A stretch of DNA of 64,000 nucleotides from Dehalococcoidia bacterium (GCA_965249365.1 OZ252229.1:2117893-2181892), one strand, 5' to 3'; positions 17,434 to 28,568 are shown, counted from the first letter of the stretch. Numbers and translations are program-made. The notes: generated from the letters alone by a model not told the origin.

Positions 17434-17495
17434 AGCGTCATTCCGGCGAAGAGCCTGCCGCGGCGGAGGCCGGGGCAGGAATCCACTGACTCGCC
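17434..17495. repeat. REP-like hairpin element (gtcattccggcgaag...ggcaggaatcc type)
   Basis: An imperfect inverted repeat was read directly in the intergenic region. Related gtcattctgag/gtcactctgag-type elements occur near 340-360 (reverse orientation) and 24905-24950. Confidence 0.5.
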
Positions 17496-17639
17496 GCTTA
17501 GCGTACAGTCGCAAATTGGAACTAGCACACTATTGGTGGTAATGTTATTACGGCCTTGCGAGGCCATATTTTTTGGAAGTCCCAGATTAGAAACCTCGCA
17601 GCCGGCGCGCTCACACCGAGGGAGGGCAAGAGCCTAGGC

Positions 17640-19202
17640 ATGAATACTTCGGAGTTTCTGGCGATTTCCGCTGTAATCGTTCCCGACCGGACAGCGCTGG
17701 TCTTCGAAGGAAGACGCACGACGTACGAGGAGCTCCAGTCCAGAGTTAACCGCCTCGCGAACGGACTCGGTTCCCTTGGGGTAGGAGCCGGCGACCGGAT
17801 AGGAATCATCCAGGTCAACACTGACGAGATCGTCGAGATCTACTTCGCCGCGGCGAAGCTCGACGCGGTCTTCGTTCCCATCAACTTTCGTGCGAGGGCC
17901 GAAGAAGTGTCGTTCATGATCGGCGACTCGGGGCCCAAGGTGATTCTCGCCGGGTCTCGCTACGTTGACCTCGTCAACTCGATTTCCGACGACCTTGACA
18001 GCGTAGAGCACTGCATTACGCTTGACGAGGACCGCGAAGGGTGGCTGTCCTACGACGATCTGATCGAGGGCTCCTCCGATGAAGAGAGGTGGCCCATCTC
18101 CGACGATGACGACCTCGCGGTGATCCTATTCACGTCTGGCACGACGAGCTTCCCTAAGGGTGTGATGCTGAGCCACAACAGCTTTTCGTCGTACATCCTC
18201 AGCCAGGTTATGCCCGCCGATCCCGACGTCACAGAGCGAAACATCCTCACCGTCCCCCTCTACCACATCGCGGGAATGCAGGCGATGATCAGCGCCATCT
18301 ACGGCGGCCGAACACTCATCATCCAGCGGCAGTTCGAGGCGAAGCAGTGGATGACACTCGTGGAAGACGAGGTCGTCGACCGTGCAATGATGGTCCCAAC
18401 CATGCTGAAGATGCTCATGGATCACGAAGACTTCCGCCAACACGACATGAGCAGCCTCCAGGTGATCACCTACGGGGCGGCGCCGATGCCGCTTGAGGTA
18501 ATCAGGAGAGCAATCGTCGAGTTCCCCAACGCGCAGTTCATCAATGCTTTCGGCCAGACCGAGACCGCGGCGACGATCACCATGCTGCCGCCCAGCGACC
18601 ACGTCCTCAACGGCTCCGCCGAGGAGGTCGAGAAGAAGCTCAAGCGGCTCACGTCGATCGGTAAGCCGATTGACGATGTCGAGGTACGAATCGTCGACGA
18701 GGATGCGGGTGACGTCGTTCTCGGAGAGGTCGGGGAAATCGTCGCGAAGGGTCAGCGCCTGATGAAAGGCTACTGGAACCAGGACTCCGCAACAGAGGAG
18801 ACGATCCGCGGCGGCTGGCTGTACACCGGGGACCTGGGCTACTGGGACGAAGACGGCTACATCTACCTCGCCGGAAGATCAAAGGACTTCATCAAGCGCG
18901 GCGGCGAAATGATCTCGCCCGAAGAGGTCGAGCAGGTCCTTCACTCTCACCCGGACATCGATGAGGCAGCGATCATCGGCATTCCGGACATCGACTGGGG
19001 CGAGAGAGTAAGGGCGATCGTCGTCCCGAGCCCCGGCCGCGTCGTCGACGAGGACGATGTGATCGAGTACTGTCGCCAACGGCTCGCCAGCTTCAAAAAG
19101 CCTGAGTCAGTCGTAATCGTCCCCGAGCTCCCCAGAAACCCAATGGGCAAGGTGCTCAAAAGGATTCTCAAAGAGGAGCACAGCGACCCGGTTGTGGTGT
19201 AA
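17640..19202 (+). CDS. AMP-dependent acyl-CoA synthetase/ligase (fatty-acid--CoA ligase-like)
   Basis: Contains the AMP-binding motif LFTSGTTSFPKGVMLSH, plus GQTE, YTGDLG..DEDGY and the C-terminal PRNPMGKVLKR. The ATG at 17640 is chosen inside the longer track ORF. Confidence 0.9.
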   Translation: MNTSEFLAISAVIVPDRTALVFEGRRTTYEELQSRVNRLANGLGSLGVGAGDRIGIIQVNTDEIVEIYFAAAKLDAVFVPINFRARAEEVSFMIGDSGPKVILAGSRYVDLVNSISDDLDSVEHCITLDEDREGWLSYDDLIEGSSDEERWPISDDDDLAVILFTSGTTSFPKGVMLSHNSFSSYILSQVMPADPDVTERNILTVPLYHIAGMQAMISAIYGGRTLIIQRQFEAKQWMTLVEDEVVDRAMMVPTMLKMLMDHEDFRQHDMSSLQVITYGAAPMPLEVIRRAIVEFPNAQFINAFGQTETAATITMLPPSDHVLNGSAEEVEKKLKRLTSIGKPIDDVEVRIVDEDAGDVVLGEVGEIVAKGQRLMKGYWNQDSATEETIRGGWLYTGDLGYWDEDGYIYLAGRSKDFIKRGGEMISPEEVEQVLHSHPDIDEAAIIGIPDIDWGERVRAIVVPSPGRVVDEDDVIEYCRQRLASFKKPESVVIVPELPRNPMGKVLKRILKEEHSDPVVV

Positions 19203-19205
19203 CTC

Positions 19206-19562
19206 GTGGGCGTCTTCAGCGTGCCAATCGAGGTCGGGGACCCTTCAGGAGCGCAGTTCCAAGAGTTGGAAGCGCTGGTCGATACGGGTGCCACATTCAC
19301 CATGGCGCCCGGTTCGATACTACGGAATCTCGGTCTAGAGGCTGAAGAACGTGGTGCGTTCGAACTCGCTGACGGAAGTCTCCAGGAGTTCGATATCAGC
19401 GAGGCACGTGTCCGAGTGGATGGCCGGGAGACGTCGACGGTCGTCGTATTCGGCCGGGAAGCCATGACGCCTCTGCTCGGAGCATACACTCTCGAACGTC
19501 TGCACCTCGGCGTCGACCCTGCCGGTAAGCGACTGGTCCAAGTCCCCTGGCGGCTTATGTAG
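19206..19562 (+). CDS. Retropepsin-like (clan AA) aspartic protease family protein
   Basis: 118 aa with ALVDTGATFTMAP (the DTG active-site motif) and a size typical of bacterial single-domain aspartyl proteases. Confidence 0.7.
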   Translation: MGVFSVPIEVGDPSGAQFQELEALVDTGATFTMAPGSILRNLGLEAEERGAFELADGSLQEFDISEARVRVDGRETSTVVVFGREAMTPLLGAYTLERLHLGVDPAGKRLVQVPWRLM

Positions 19563-19565
19563 CGC

Positions 19566-20825
19566 CTACGTGATCCTGTCGAATCCGGTGTACGGGCGGA
19601 GCGCCTCGGGGATTTTGACGCTTCCGTCCTCCTGCTGATAGTTCTCCAAAATCGAGATGATCACCCTCGGCAGGGCAAGGCCTGAGCCGTTGAGCGTGTG
19701 GACCAGCCTTGGTCGGGCTCCCGCCTCCGGCCGGTAGCGGATCATCCCCCTGCGCGCCTGGTAGTCCGTGCAGTTTGAGCACGAGCTGACCTCGAGCCAA
19801 CGCTCGGCCCCCGGCGCCCACATCTCAACGTCGTACGCTCTGACCGCACCGCTCGCCATGTCTCCTGTCGCGAGCTCCAGGACTCTGTAGGGGATCTCGA
19901 GGGCGCGGACCACGTCTTCGGCGGCTGTCACAAGCGAGTCGAGCTCGTCTCTGGATCTCTCGGGCTCGACGAACTTGTACATCTCCACCTTGTCGAACTG
20001 GTGCACGCGCATGATCCCTCGCGTGTCGCGTCCCGCGGAGGCCTTCTCGCGTCTCCAGCAGGGCGTATGGGCGACGTAGTATAGAGGCAGGTCGTCTGCG
20101 GACAGGATCTCGTCCCTGTGTAGGCTGGTGATCGCGGCTTCCGCGGTCGGAAGCAGCCAAAGGTCGTCCTCGTCATCGTGGTACATCTCCTCCCTGAACC
20201 CCGGCAGGTGCCCGCTCGCGAGCACCGTTTCGCGATTCACGACGTACGGGAGGTAGACCTCGGTGTAGCCGTGCCGCTCGACGTGCAGGTCGATCATGAA
20301 CGAGATCAGAGCGCGCTGGAGCTTCGCCCCGATTCCGGTCAGGACGAAGAACCGGGAGCCCGCGATCCTGACGCCCCGCTCGAAGTCGATGATCCCGAGG
20401 CGCTCGGCGATGTCCCAGTGCGCCTCTGGCTCGAAATCGAATGTCGGAAGCTCCCCGACGTTCTTGACAACGACGTTCGCCGACTCGTCTGCGCCAACCG
20501 GCGCCGCGTCGTCAGGGATGTTCGGCACCGCCATGAGCAGGTCGCTGAGCTGCTCATCCACGGACCGTTGCTCCTCTTCGAGGGCCCTGATTCGACCCCC
20601 GACCTCGCGCATCTCGGCGATGAGCTCCTGTGGCCGCTCCCTCGTACGACCCATCTCGCGGCTCACCTCGTTGCGCCTTGCACGGAGGGCGTCAGTCTCG
20701 GCGATCAGCAACCGGCGACTCTCGTCGAGGGAGAGAATCTCGTCAATGGAGACGTCCGCGCCCCGCTTCAGCATAGCTTCGCGCACTGCGTCGGGACTTC
20801 TTCGAATCAGCTCAATCGAGATCAT
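19566..20825 (-). CDS. serS: Serine--tRNA ligase
   Basis: 419 aa. It has an N-terminal coiled-coil arm and the class II motifs (FRRE.., TGEMASG, GSGLALPR). Confidence 0.95.
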   Translation of the reverse strand: MISIELIRRSPDAVREAMLKRGADVSIDEILSLDESRRLLIAETDALRARRNEVSREMGRTRERPQELIAEMREVGGRIRALEEEQRSVDEQLSDLLMAVPNIPDDAAPVGADESANVVVKNVGELPTFDFEPEAHWDIAERLGIIDFERGVRIAGSRFFVLTGIGAKLQRALISFMIDLHVERHGYTEVYLPYVVNRETVLASGHLPGFREEMYHDDEDDLWLLPTAEAAITSLHRDEILSADDLPLYYVAHTPCWRREKASAGRDTRGIMRVHQFDKVEMYKFVEPERSRDELDSLVTAAEDVVRALEIPYRVLELATGDMASGAVRAYDVEMWAPGAERWLEVSSCSNCTDYQARRGMIRYRPEAGARPRLVHTLNGSGLALPRVIISILENYQQEDGSVKIPEALRPYTGFDRIT

Positions 20826-20870
20826 GGAGGCATGTCCATTATAATGCGACTACGCCCCAACACCACAAGG

Positions 20871-21245
20871 ATGGCTGACTTGGCACACGCAAACACGACG
20901 GTCTCAGAGTTCGCGGATGAGCTTATCGCGACGCCGCGCGCCCATCTGCGACTCGATCTGAGTCAGGACGATCAAGGCCTTGTCCTGACCTACCAGGAGC
21001 GGGAGCTTCTCAGGTGCTACCTCACTCCTAACGGGATGCTGGCTGGGGGCTTCGTAGCCGAGGCGCTGGGCGTCAAGCTGCCCGCACTGGGCGATTCGGT
21101 GACGGCTCGGGTCTCGACCGGCGTGCTCTACAGGGTCCTGGGAGTCGGCCAGCTCGACTACTCCGAAGAGGCTTCGTACGTCGTCCTGGAACGCTTGATG
21201 GAGGAGGCCGCCATGCAGCGCGGCGCCACCAACCTCTCAGAGTGA
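20871..21245 (+). CDS. Hypothetical protein (possible helix-turn-helix)
   Basis: 124-aa 3' part of the 20178..21245 track ORF. Upstream of 20871 that ORF is antisense to serS. The ATG at 20871 follows AAGG. There is a weak LuxR-like pattern (LTYQERELLRCY...VSTGVLYRVLGV). Confidence 0.45.
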   Translation: MADLAHANTTVSEFADELIATPRAHLRLDLSQDDQGLVLTYQERELLRCYLTPNGMLAGGFVAEALGVKLPALGDSVTARVSTGVLYRVLGVGQLDYSEEASYVVLERLMEEAAMQRGATNLSE

Positions 21246-21316
21246 CCCGCGTTGAATCCGCCCCACCTTCCAACTATAATCTCACCGGGTCGGCCGCGTG
21301 AATACTCGAGGTTCGG

Positions 21317-21748
21317 ATGTTCAATGAGTACGGAGAGTTGGAGCCGGGAGCCGCGTTCTCCAAACACACTTACGACCTCGAATCCGACCTCGTGTCCAAC
21401 TACCTGGACGCTGTCCAAGACCAGAGCTCCCCGCTCAGAGATGAGGATGGCCGGGCGATCGTCCCCGCCATGGCGGTCGCTGCGCTCAGCCTCCGCGGGG
21501 TTGTGCAGGACCTGAGGATTCCGGGCGGGACCCTCCACGTCGGACAGGAGTTTCGATACTCCGCGGCGGTCACTATCGGCTCGTCGCTCGGATGCGAGGC
21601 GACGCTGGTCCAGAACTCGGTCCGAGGCGGCTGGCGATTTCTCGTCGTGGACTGTCGCGTGACCGATGGTGGAGACTCCGAGGTCATGCGCGGAAAGAGC
21701 ACTATCATGATCCCCGCCGGACTGGGGCCGATAGAGACGGCGCCCTAA
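21317..21748 (+). CDS. Hotdog-fold protein, MaoC N-terminal/HadA-like non-catalytic subunit
   Basis: 143-aa ORF lacking the hydratase-2 motif. Its stop overlaps the start of the next hotdog gene (TAATG). Confidence 0.6.
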   Translation: MFNEYGELEPGAAFSKHTYDLESDLVSNYLDAVQDQSSPLRDEDGRAIVPAMAVAALSLRGVVQDLRIPGGTLHVGQEFRYSAAVTIGSSLGCEATLVQNSVRGGWRFLVVDCRVTDGGDSEVMRGKSTIMIPAGLGPIETAP

Positions 21749-22158
21749 TGGAAGCCGGTGACGCGCTGCCAAAGGTCGTCAAACTGATCGACCAGGACAG
21801 GATCGAGAAGTATGCTAGCGCGTCCGGAGACTTCAATCCGATCCACATCGACCACGAGTTCGCCAACGCGAGCCAGTTCGGTGGTACGATCGCACATGGC
21901 ATGATGATCGCCGCGACGATTTCCGAGATGATGACCGGAGCGTTCGGCCGGAGTTGGCCGGAGACCGGTGGGATGAAGATCCGGTTCCGGTCGCCCGTCA
22001 AGCCCGGACAGCGCATCACTGCCCAGGGATCGGTCAAGTCGGTCAGAGACACCGATACCGGACGCCGGGTTGTTTGCACGGTGTCCGTAGAGAAGGACGA
22101 TGGAGAGACGGCGATAGCTGGGCAGACTGAGGTCACAGTCTCCTGGCCGAGGCCCTAA
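21748..22158 (+). CDS. MaoC-like (R)-specific dehydratase, HadB-like catalytic subunit
   Basis: 136 aa with the hydratase-2 motif YASASGDFNPIHIDHEFA. Confidence 0.8.
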   Translation: MEAGDALPKVVKLIDQDRIEKYASASGDFNPIHIDHEFANASQFGGTIAHGMMIAATISEMMTGAFGRSWPETGGMKIRFRSPVKPGQRITAQGSVKSVRDTDTGRRVVCTVSVEKDDGETAIAGQTEVTVSWPRP

Positions 22159-22245
22159 AGGGTAGGACAAGACCTTGCGCTGACGCGGGTGCGGCGCGGA
22201 GGACGAAACGAACACCGCCCCAGAGAACCTGGAAGGAAAAGAGAA

Positions 22246-23262
22246 TTGGCTTCAGAAACCAGATCGGTGAGAATCGCTGTTGATGCTATGGGTGGGGACA
22301 ACGCGCCGTCGGAGGTCATCAAGGGGGCGGTGGAGTTCGCAGCGTCGGGCCAAGGGCAGGTCATGCTTGTCGGAGACCCCGCCGTGGTTCAAGCCGAACT
22401 AGAGTCCCTCGACACCTCCCGACTTCCACTCGGGGTGATCCCGAGCGAAGGGGTGATCGAAGAGGGTGAGTCGCCAGTGATGGCCCTTAGGCAGAAGCCC
22501 AAAGCATCCATTCTCGTAGCCACCGGCATGGTGAAACAGGGGATGGCGGACGCGTGCGTCACGATGGGCTCGACCGGCGCCGCGATGGCCGCCGGTGCCG
22601 TCGTACTTGGTCTCGCGAAAGGCGTAGAGCGCCCCGCCCTCGGCGGACCGGTAGTGGGAGTTGCGCCGCGGACGTGCATCGTCGATGTTGGGACCAACGT
22701 CGACTGTCGTCCGCGGCAGCTCCTCAGCTTTGGCGCTATCGGCGACGTCTTCGCCAGGTCATTCTGGGGCGTCGAGAGCCCGCGTGTCGCTCTGCTGAGC
22801 GTTGGGGCCGAGGCCGGAAAGGGCAATCGGCAGGTTAGGGAGACTACCGAGCTGTTCGAGAAGAGCGGTCTGAACTTCATCGGCAATGTAGAAGCCAACG
22901 ACATCCCAAATGGAAGGGCTGAGGTCGTCGTCTGCGACGGGTTCGTCGGGAACATCGTGATGAAGCTGACAGAAGGACTCGGACAGAGATTGAACGAGCA
23001 CCTCAGAGCCAGCCTGAAAGGTAAGCTGCCAGACGACGAGCTCGACAGCCTGCTGGGCGCGGTCTACGAGATGAGTAATGTAGTCCAGGCGCGCGGCGGA
23101 GGGCCTCTACTCGGGGTCAACGGCGTGAGCGTGGTAGGTCACGGCGCGGCGCGCGCCGATGCCGTGACCCGCGCCATGGAGACCGCCGTTCTCGCGATCG
23201 AAACCAGGTTCGTGCCCCGAATGAACGAGCAGCTCGAAGCCCTTGAACAGACACTGGGGTAG
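22246..23262 (+). CDS. plsX: Phosphate acyltransferase PlsX
   Basis: Contains RIAVDAMGGDNAP, GDP, MGSTGA and GFVGNIVMK. I prefer the TTG at 22246; the track start at 22189 is also possible. Confidence 0.9.
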   Translation: MASETRSVRIAVDAMGGDNAPSEVIKGAVEFAASGQGQVMLVGDPAVVQAELESLDTSRLPLGVIPSEGVIEEGESPVMALRQKPKASILVATGMVKQGMADACVTMGSTGAAMAAGAVVLGLAKGVERPALGGPVVGVAPRTCIVDVGTNVDCRPRQLLSFGAIGDVFARSFWGVESPRVALLSVGAEAGKGNRQVRETTELFEKSGLNFIGNVEANDIPNGRAEVVVCDGFVGNIVMKLTEGLGQRLNEHLRASLKGKLPDDELDSLLGAVYEMSNVVQARGGGPLLGVNGVSVVGHGAARADAVTRAMETAVLAIETRFVPRMNEQLEALEQTLG

Positions 23263-23322
23263 TGAAGTAGGCCGGTTGAGCTCAACCGCCGATCACTGTC
23301 GCAACAGGATCCAGGAGGAACC

Positions 23323-24075
23323 GTGGCCAAATCTGACATTGAGGGACGCTTTGCTCTGGTGACCGGCGCGTCCAAGGGGATCGGAAGGGCTATCGCGCTT
23401 CGGCTCGGTGAACACGGAGTCAACGTCGCCGTCAACTACAACAGCTCCCCGGACGAGGCGAAACAGACTGTTGCCCGTCTCGAGGAAAAGGGCGTATCGG
23501 CGTTTCCCGTCCAGGCGAACGTGAGCGAGGTCGATGACGTCACCACAATGGTCGACACCGTCATCGAGCGGTTCGGCCAGATCGATATCCTGGTCAACAA
23601 CGCCGGAATCATCAGCGACGGGCTGCTCGTGCGAATGTCGGACGATGCCTGGGACAACGTTATCGGCACAAACCTGTCCGGGACGTTCTACTGCTCCCGC
23701 GCGGTGCTCAGGGGCATGATCCGTCAGCGATGGGGAAGGATCATCAACATCGGGTCGGTGGTCGGGATCCGAGGAAACATCGGCCAGGCCAACTACTCGG
23801 CGTCGAAGGCGGGAATCATGGGGTTCACCAAGGCGCTCGCCAAGGAGGTCGCCACCCGCGGCATCACTGTCAACACCGTCACGCCCGGCTATATCAGCAC
23901 CGACACCGTCGACGTGCTTCCCCAGGCTACCAAGGACCGGATCATGACCTGGATCCCGCAGGGTCACTTCGGTGAGGTCGACGACGTTGCGCATCTCGTG
24001 GCGTTTATCGCGAGCCAGAAAGCCAAGTACATGACTGGACAGGTCGTCAGCGTAGACGGCGGGATGGCCATCTGA
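23323..24075 (+). CDS. fabG: 3-oxoacyl-[ACP] reductase FabG
   Basis: 250 aa. Contains TGASKGIGRAIA, NNAGI, S..G..GN.GQANYSASKAG..GFTK and GQV..VDGGM. Confidence 0.9.
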   Translation: MAKSDIEGRFALVTGASKGIGRAIALRLGEHGVNVAVNYNSSPDEAKQTVARLEEKGVSAFPVQANVSEVDDVTTMVDTVIERFGQIDILVNNAGIISDGLLVRMSDDAWDNVIGTNLSGTFYCSRAVLRGMIRQRWGRIINIGSVVGIRGNIGQANYSASKAGIMGFTKALAKEVATRGITVNTVTPGYISTDTVDVLPQATKDRIMTWIPQGHFGEVDDVAHLVAFIASQKAKYMTGQVVSVDGGMAI

Positions 24076-24082
24076 GGACTGA

Positions 24083-24838
<756 letters not shown>

Positions 24839-24904
24839 CAGAGAGCAGTTCAAAGGCACCGCCACCCTTGGAGGTCGCCCAGGCTGTCGCTCTGATGGCA
24901 GGAC

Positions 24905-24950
24905 CCACTGTCACTCTGAGGCGTAGCCGAAGAGTCTCCGGCCTCTGAGT
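24905..24950. repeat. REP-like element (gtcactctgaggcgtagccgaagagtctc type)
   Basis: Read directly. It lies between convergent genes and resembles the elements near 340-360 and 17434. Confidence 0.45.
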
Positions 24951-24977
24951 TGGCACTCCTTTGGCATTGTGCAGTTC

Positions 24978-25928
24978 CTACTCGGGCGGCCTGATGTCCC
25001 GAACGACAGCGTCGATTGGCCCGCCGTCCAGATCGACCTGAACGGTCGCCTCGTTCTCGTAGAACCGCTTCCTCAGGTATGCCAGCGAAAGCCCCGGAAT
25101 CGAAGAGGTAACGGTCCCGGCTTCGGCGCCGTCCACCACAAGTCCGGAGCCCGCTGGCAGTGTCACGCCATCCTCGACAACTAGCTGACAGAGAAACCGC
25201 TGTATACGGTCGTAGGTGTGTAGCCGCGCCACGACTTCTTGGCCGATGTAGCAGCCCTTGTTGAAGCTGATGTACGGCTCGAGATTGGCCTCGAGCGGAT
25301 TGTGGTCCTCGTTCAGCTCGCTCGGGGCCGCGGGGAGGCCCTGCTCGATCCTGATTCGTTGGAGGTCGCCCGGGTCAGACAACACTTCCGCCGACCACGG
25401 CGTCTCCGCGCTGTCCTGCAGGATGACCTCGTACCCGGTCAGCGTCCCGATGTCCGCTCGGACGATTACAGCCTCGCCGTGGGCCGTATGTGCGAGCGGC
25501 CGTAAGAGTCCGGCGTGGCCCAGGAGCCCAGCTCCCGCGAGGAACTCGTCCGCCGCCTCTCCGACGACAACGTACTGAGAGGTCTCGCCCGTGATGTCGC
25601 TGACGCTCACGTCCTCCGCAAACGTGTAGAAATCGATCCACTCCATCACCCGCTCTACGGTTCCGTGGCTCGTCAGCACCAGGAGGGTCTCGCCCTGGTG
25701 GAGGATGCGCAACAGGTCGATCACGCGCCCCTTGTTGGTAGTCAACACCGATCCGATGCCCTCTCCCGGCGCCAGTTGACGCAGATCGTTGGTCGACAGC
25801 CGGTCCAGCAGGTCGATGGCGTCTTCGCCAGAAACTCTGAGCCGACCGACATGCGATACGTCGAACACCGACACGGATTCAGGGGTCCCTTGTTCGAGCA
25901 ACGATCGTCGCTTCGTCTCCGTCGCCAA
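24978..25928 (-). CDS. YgfZ/GcvT-like folate-binding protein (Fe-S cluster maintenance)
   Basis: 316 aa with an aminomethyltransferase-like fold signature, including the C-terminal KGCYIGQEVVAR motif. Confidence 0.8.
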   Translation of the reverse strand: MATETKRRSLLEQGTPESVSVFDVSHVGRLRVSGEDAIDLLDRLSTNDLRQLAPGEGIGSVLTTNKGRVIDLLRILHQGETLLVLTSHGTVERVMEWIDFYTFAEDVSVSDITGETSQYVVVGEAADEFLAGAGLLGHAGLLRPLAHTAHGEAVIVRADIGTLTGYEVILQDSAETPWSAEVLSDPGDLQRIRIEQGLPAAPSELNEDHNPLEANLEPYISFNKGCYIGQEVVARLHTYDRIQRFLCQLVVEDGVTLPAGSGLVVDGAEAGTVTSSIPGLSLAYLRKRFYENEATVQVDLDGGPIDAVVRDIRPPE

Positions 25929-26003
25929 GTTGCGCCTCCCTCTAAATACGAGCGCCGCGTTCTGTGGACGCGGCGCCGCTGTTCGTAATCTGCTGTCGAG
26001 TCG

Positions 26004-26354
26004 CTACACGCTGAACGAGGTCCCGCAGCCGCATGTCGTCTTGGCGTTCGGGTTGTTGAACACAAATCCCTTGCCGTTCAGTCCACCGGAGAACTCCAGG
26101 ATAGTTCCCGCCAAAAAGATGTACGACTTCCGATCTACGTAGAGCGTCAGGCCATGCTCCTCGATGACCTTGTCCTCTTCGAACGGTTCATCCACCAAAT
26201 CGAGGGCGTAAGTGAGCCCTGCGCATCCCCCTCCCTTGACCGAGACCCTGAGGTCCGAGTTCGGCTTCCCGGACTGCTCCGCGAACACGCGTACGTGCCC
26301 AGCAGCCTCTTCCGAGATGTTGATTGTCAGCGGTGCCGGCGCGGTCTGCATCAT
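26004..26354 (-). CDS. Iron-sulfur cluster assembly accessory protein (HesB/IscA/ErpA family)
   Basis: 116 aa. Contains GGCAG and the C-terminal CGCGTSF cysteine motif. Confidence 0.9.
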   Translation of the reverse strand: MMQTAPAPLTINISEEAAGHVRVFAEQSGKPNSDLRVSVKGGGCAGLTYALDLVDEPFEEDKVIEEHGLTLYVDRKSYIFLAGTILEFSGGLNGKGFVFNNPNAKTTCGCGTSFSV

Positions 26355-26566
26355 AACTTCTGACTCCTAGACACACATGAGTGCGTGGGGTAGAGGACGG
26401 TTAATCTACGTTCGATTCTACAAGCAGGGCGAATCTCAGTCAAGGTTCTCGGGACAGACGGGATCATTCATCGACCGAGAATCTGCGAGCCGTCCGCGCG
26501 ATTGACCGACCGGATGCCCCTCCATATACTCGACTCGACGCCGGCTTACAGGTTGAGGAGACATAC

Positions 26567-27379
26567 ATGGGGCAGTTCGATGGCAGGGTCGTGATCGTGA
26601 CTGGCGGCGCGCTCGGCATGGGGGGAGAGACGGCATCGGCGTTCGCCGCAGCGGGCGCGAGCGTTGTTGTGGCGGACATGAATCCTGACGCCGGGCGACG
26701 ACGAGAGTCCGAGATCAGGGACGCTGGACGTCCAGCGCTCTTCGTCGAGGCCGACGTCGCCGAGGCCGATGACGCCAGGAGCGTCGTCGATAGAACGGTC
26801 TCCGAGTTCGGCGGCGTCGACATCCTGTTCAACAACGTCGGTATTCAGCCCGTCGACTCCTACCTCAACGTCGAAGACACCCCTGAGGACATGTGGGACC
26901 GGATTCTTGGCGTCAACCTCAAGAGCTACTTTCTGATGGCGAAGTACGCGATCCCCCAGATTCGTCGGAGGGGCGGGGGAGCGATCATCAACAACGCCAG
27001 CGTCCAGGGCCTGCAATCCCAGCACAAGGTCCCGGCGTACGCGGCCAGCAAGGGGGGCGTGCTGTCCCTCACTCGTCAGATGGCCCTCGACTACGCCCCC
27101 GACAACATCCGCGTCCTCGCCATCTGTCCTGGAACGATCGACACAAACATGGTCAGAACGGTCGCGGCGGCGGAGGGTGGAGACATCGAGGAGACACTGG
27201 CCAGGTACGGTGAGGGTCACCCGATCGGCCGGATCGGCACCGGTCAGGACATCGCGAATCTCGTCATGTTTCTCGCGAGCGACCGCGCCACGTTCATGAC
27301 TGGAGCCCATGTCGTTATCGACGGCGGATACATGGCGCTCGGAGCCTGGGCCGGTGGCGCCGGCGGCGCCCAGGACTGA
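26567..27379 (+). CDS. SDR family oxidoreductase
   Basis: 270 aa. Contains TGGALGMGGE, NNVGI and the catalytic Y..ASKGG. Confidence 0.85.
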   Translation: MGQFDGRVVIVTGGALGMGGETASAFAAAGASVVVADMNPDAGRRRESEIRDAGRPALFVEADVAEADDARSVVDRTVSEFGGVDILFNNVGIQPVDSYLNVEDTPEDMWDRILGVNLKSYFLMAKYAIPQIRRRGGGAIINNASVQGLQSQHKVPAYAASKGGVLSLTRQMALDYAPDNIRVLAICPGTIDTNMVRTVAAAEGGDIEETLARYGEGHPIGRIGTGQDIANLVMFLASDRATFMTGAHVVIDGGYMALGAWAGGAGGAQD

Positions 27380-27404
27380 CTGTTCGAGTCGGACGGCCCC
27401 CCAA

Positions 27405-27470
27405 TCGTTCGTCCTGAGCACTTCGACAAGCTCCGTACAGGCTCCGTCAAAGGACGAAGCCCCGCGCGGC
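27405..27470. repeat. REP-like hairpin element (ttcgtcctgagc...aaaggacgaagcc type)
   Basis: The inverted repeat cgtcct...aggacg was read directly. It belongs to the same family as the B units at 42224-42408. Confidence 0.55.
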
Positions 27471-27512
27471 ATACGGGGAGGGCATTCACGCGTGAACCGG
27501 AGGTCAGGGTCG

Positions 27513-28568
27513 CTAGTTCGGCTTCACCAGAATCCTGAACACGTCCTTCGTCGGAGCGAGCATCCTCGGAAACGCGACGTTCAGCACCTCGTCCAGCGCC
27601 ACGATTTCCGTCACTAGCTGGCGCGTACTGATCTCGCCGGAAGACATAAGCCTGATCGCATCCTCCACGTCCGCCTGGGAGAACGCGAGTGAACCCGCCA
27701 CCTCGATCTCGGTGCTCACGAGGTTGTTGAAGTCGAACCGCGGGGTCGTCGTATAGATCGCGACCAGCACGACACGTCCCCCCCTGCGAGCCATTTTGAC
27801 CGCCTGCTCGGGGGTGGACTCCGCGCCGGCGGCGTCGATCACGATGTCGGCACCGACTCCATCGGTGAGCGCCATTACGGCCTCTATCGCGTCGCCTCTG
27901 GTTGCGTCGATCACCTCGTCCGCTCCCAGCTCCTGGGCGAGGTCGAGGCTCATCTTCCGAGTGTCGGCAGCATAGACGGTTGCCCCGAATGACTTCGCAG
28001 CCTGCATCGCCAGCAGTCCCACCGTTCCGGCCCCGAGCACCAGGACCCTGTCACCGGGTCCCGCGCCGCTCCGCTTCACCGCGTGGACCGCGACCGACGT
28101 GGGCTCGGTCAGCGCTGCCTCCTCGCTCGAGACGTGGTCCGGGAGTTTGACGAGCTGACCGCTGGGCCAGACCAGCCGCTCAGCAAGTCCCCCGTCTATT
28201 GCGAAACCGATCGACGCCATCCCCAGACACTGGGCGGTCTCACCACGGGCGCACCAGAAGCACGTGCCACAAGTTAGAACGCTGTTCAGGGCAACCCTGT
28301 CACCGGGAACGATCGCGGAGTCGTCTTCCCGGACCTCGAGCACTGTGGCGGCAATCTCGTGGCCGGTCACCAGCGGAATCACCCTCCCGGTCACAGGGTT
28401 CGGCTCATCGCCCGAAATGAACACCGGGCCGTACAGATACTCCTCGATGTCGGTCGCACAGATTCCGCAGTAGTCCACCCGGAGGAGCGCCTCGCCAGCC
28501 CGCGGCTCCGGCTCCGGCCAGTCCTCAAGCCTGAGGTCTCTGTTTCCATGATAGACAAGCGCTCTCAT
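27513..28568 (-). CDS. Zinc-dependent alcohol dehydrogenase (MDR; sorbitol/threonine dehydrogenase-like)
   Basis: 351 aa. Contains CGICATD, GHE, the structural-zinc cysteines C..C..C.......C, and GAGTVG. Confidence 0.85.
   Translation of the reverse strand: MRALVYHGNRDLRLEDWPEPEPRAGEALLRVDYCGICATDIEEYLYGPVFISGDEPNPVTGRVIPLVTGHEIAATVLEVREDDSAIVPGDRVALNSVLTCGTCFWCARGETAQCLGMASIGFAIDGGLAERLVWPSGQLVKLPDHVSSEEAALTEPTSVAVHAVKRSGAGPGDRVLVLGAGTVGLLAMQAAKSFGATVYAADTRKMSLDLAQELGADEVIDATRGDAIEAVMALTDGVGADIVIDAAGAESTPEQAVKMARRGGRVVLVAIYTTTPRFDFNNLVSTEIEVAGSLAFSQADVEDAIRLMSSGEISTRQLVTEIVALDEVLNVAFPRMLAPTKDVFRILVKPN

Noticed and set aside
20178-20870. 5' two thirds of the 355-aa plus-strand ORF
   Set aside because: It is antisense to the well-supported serS gene and has biased Arg/Pro/Asp composition. 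Only the part from the ATG at 20871 onward lies outside serS.
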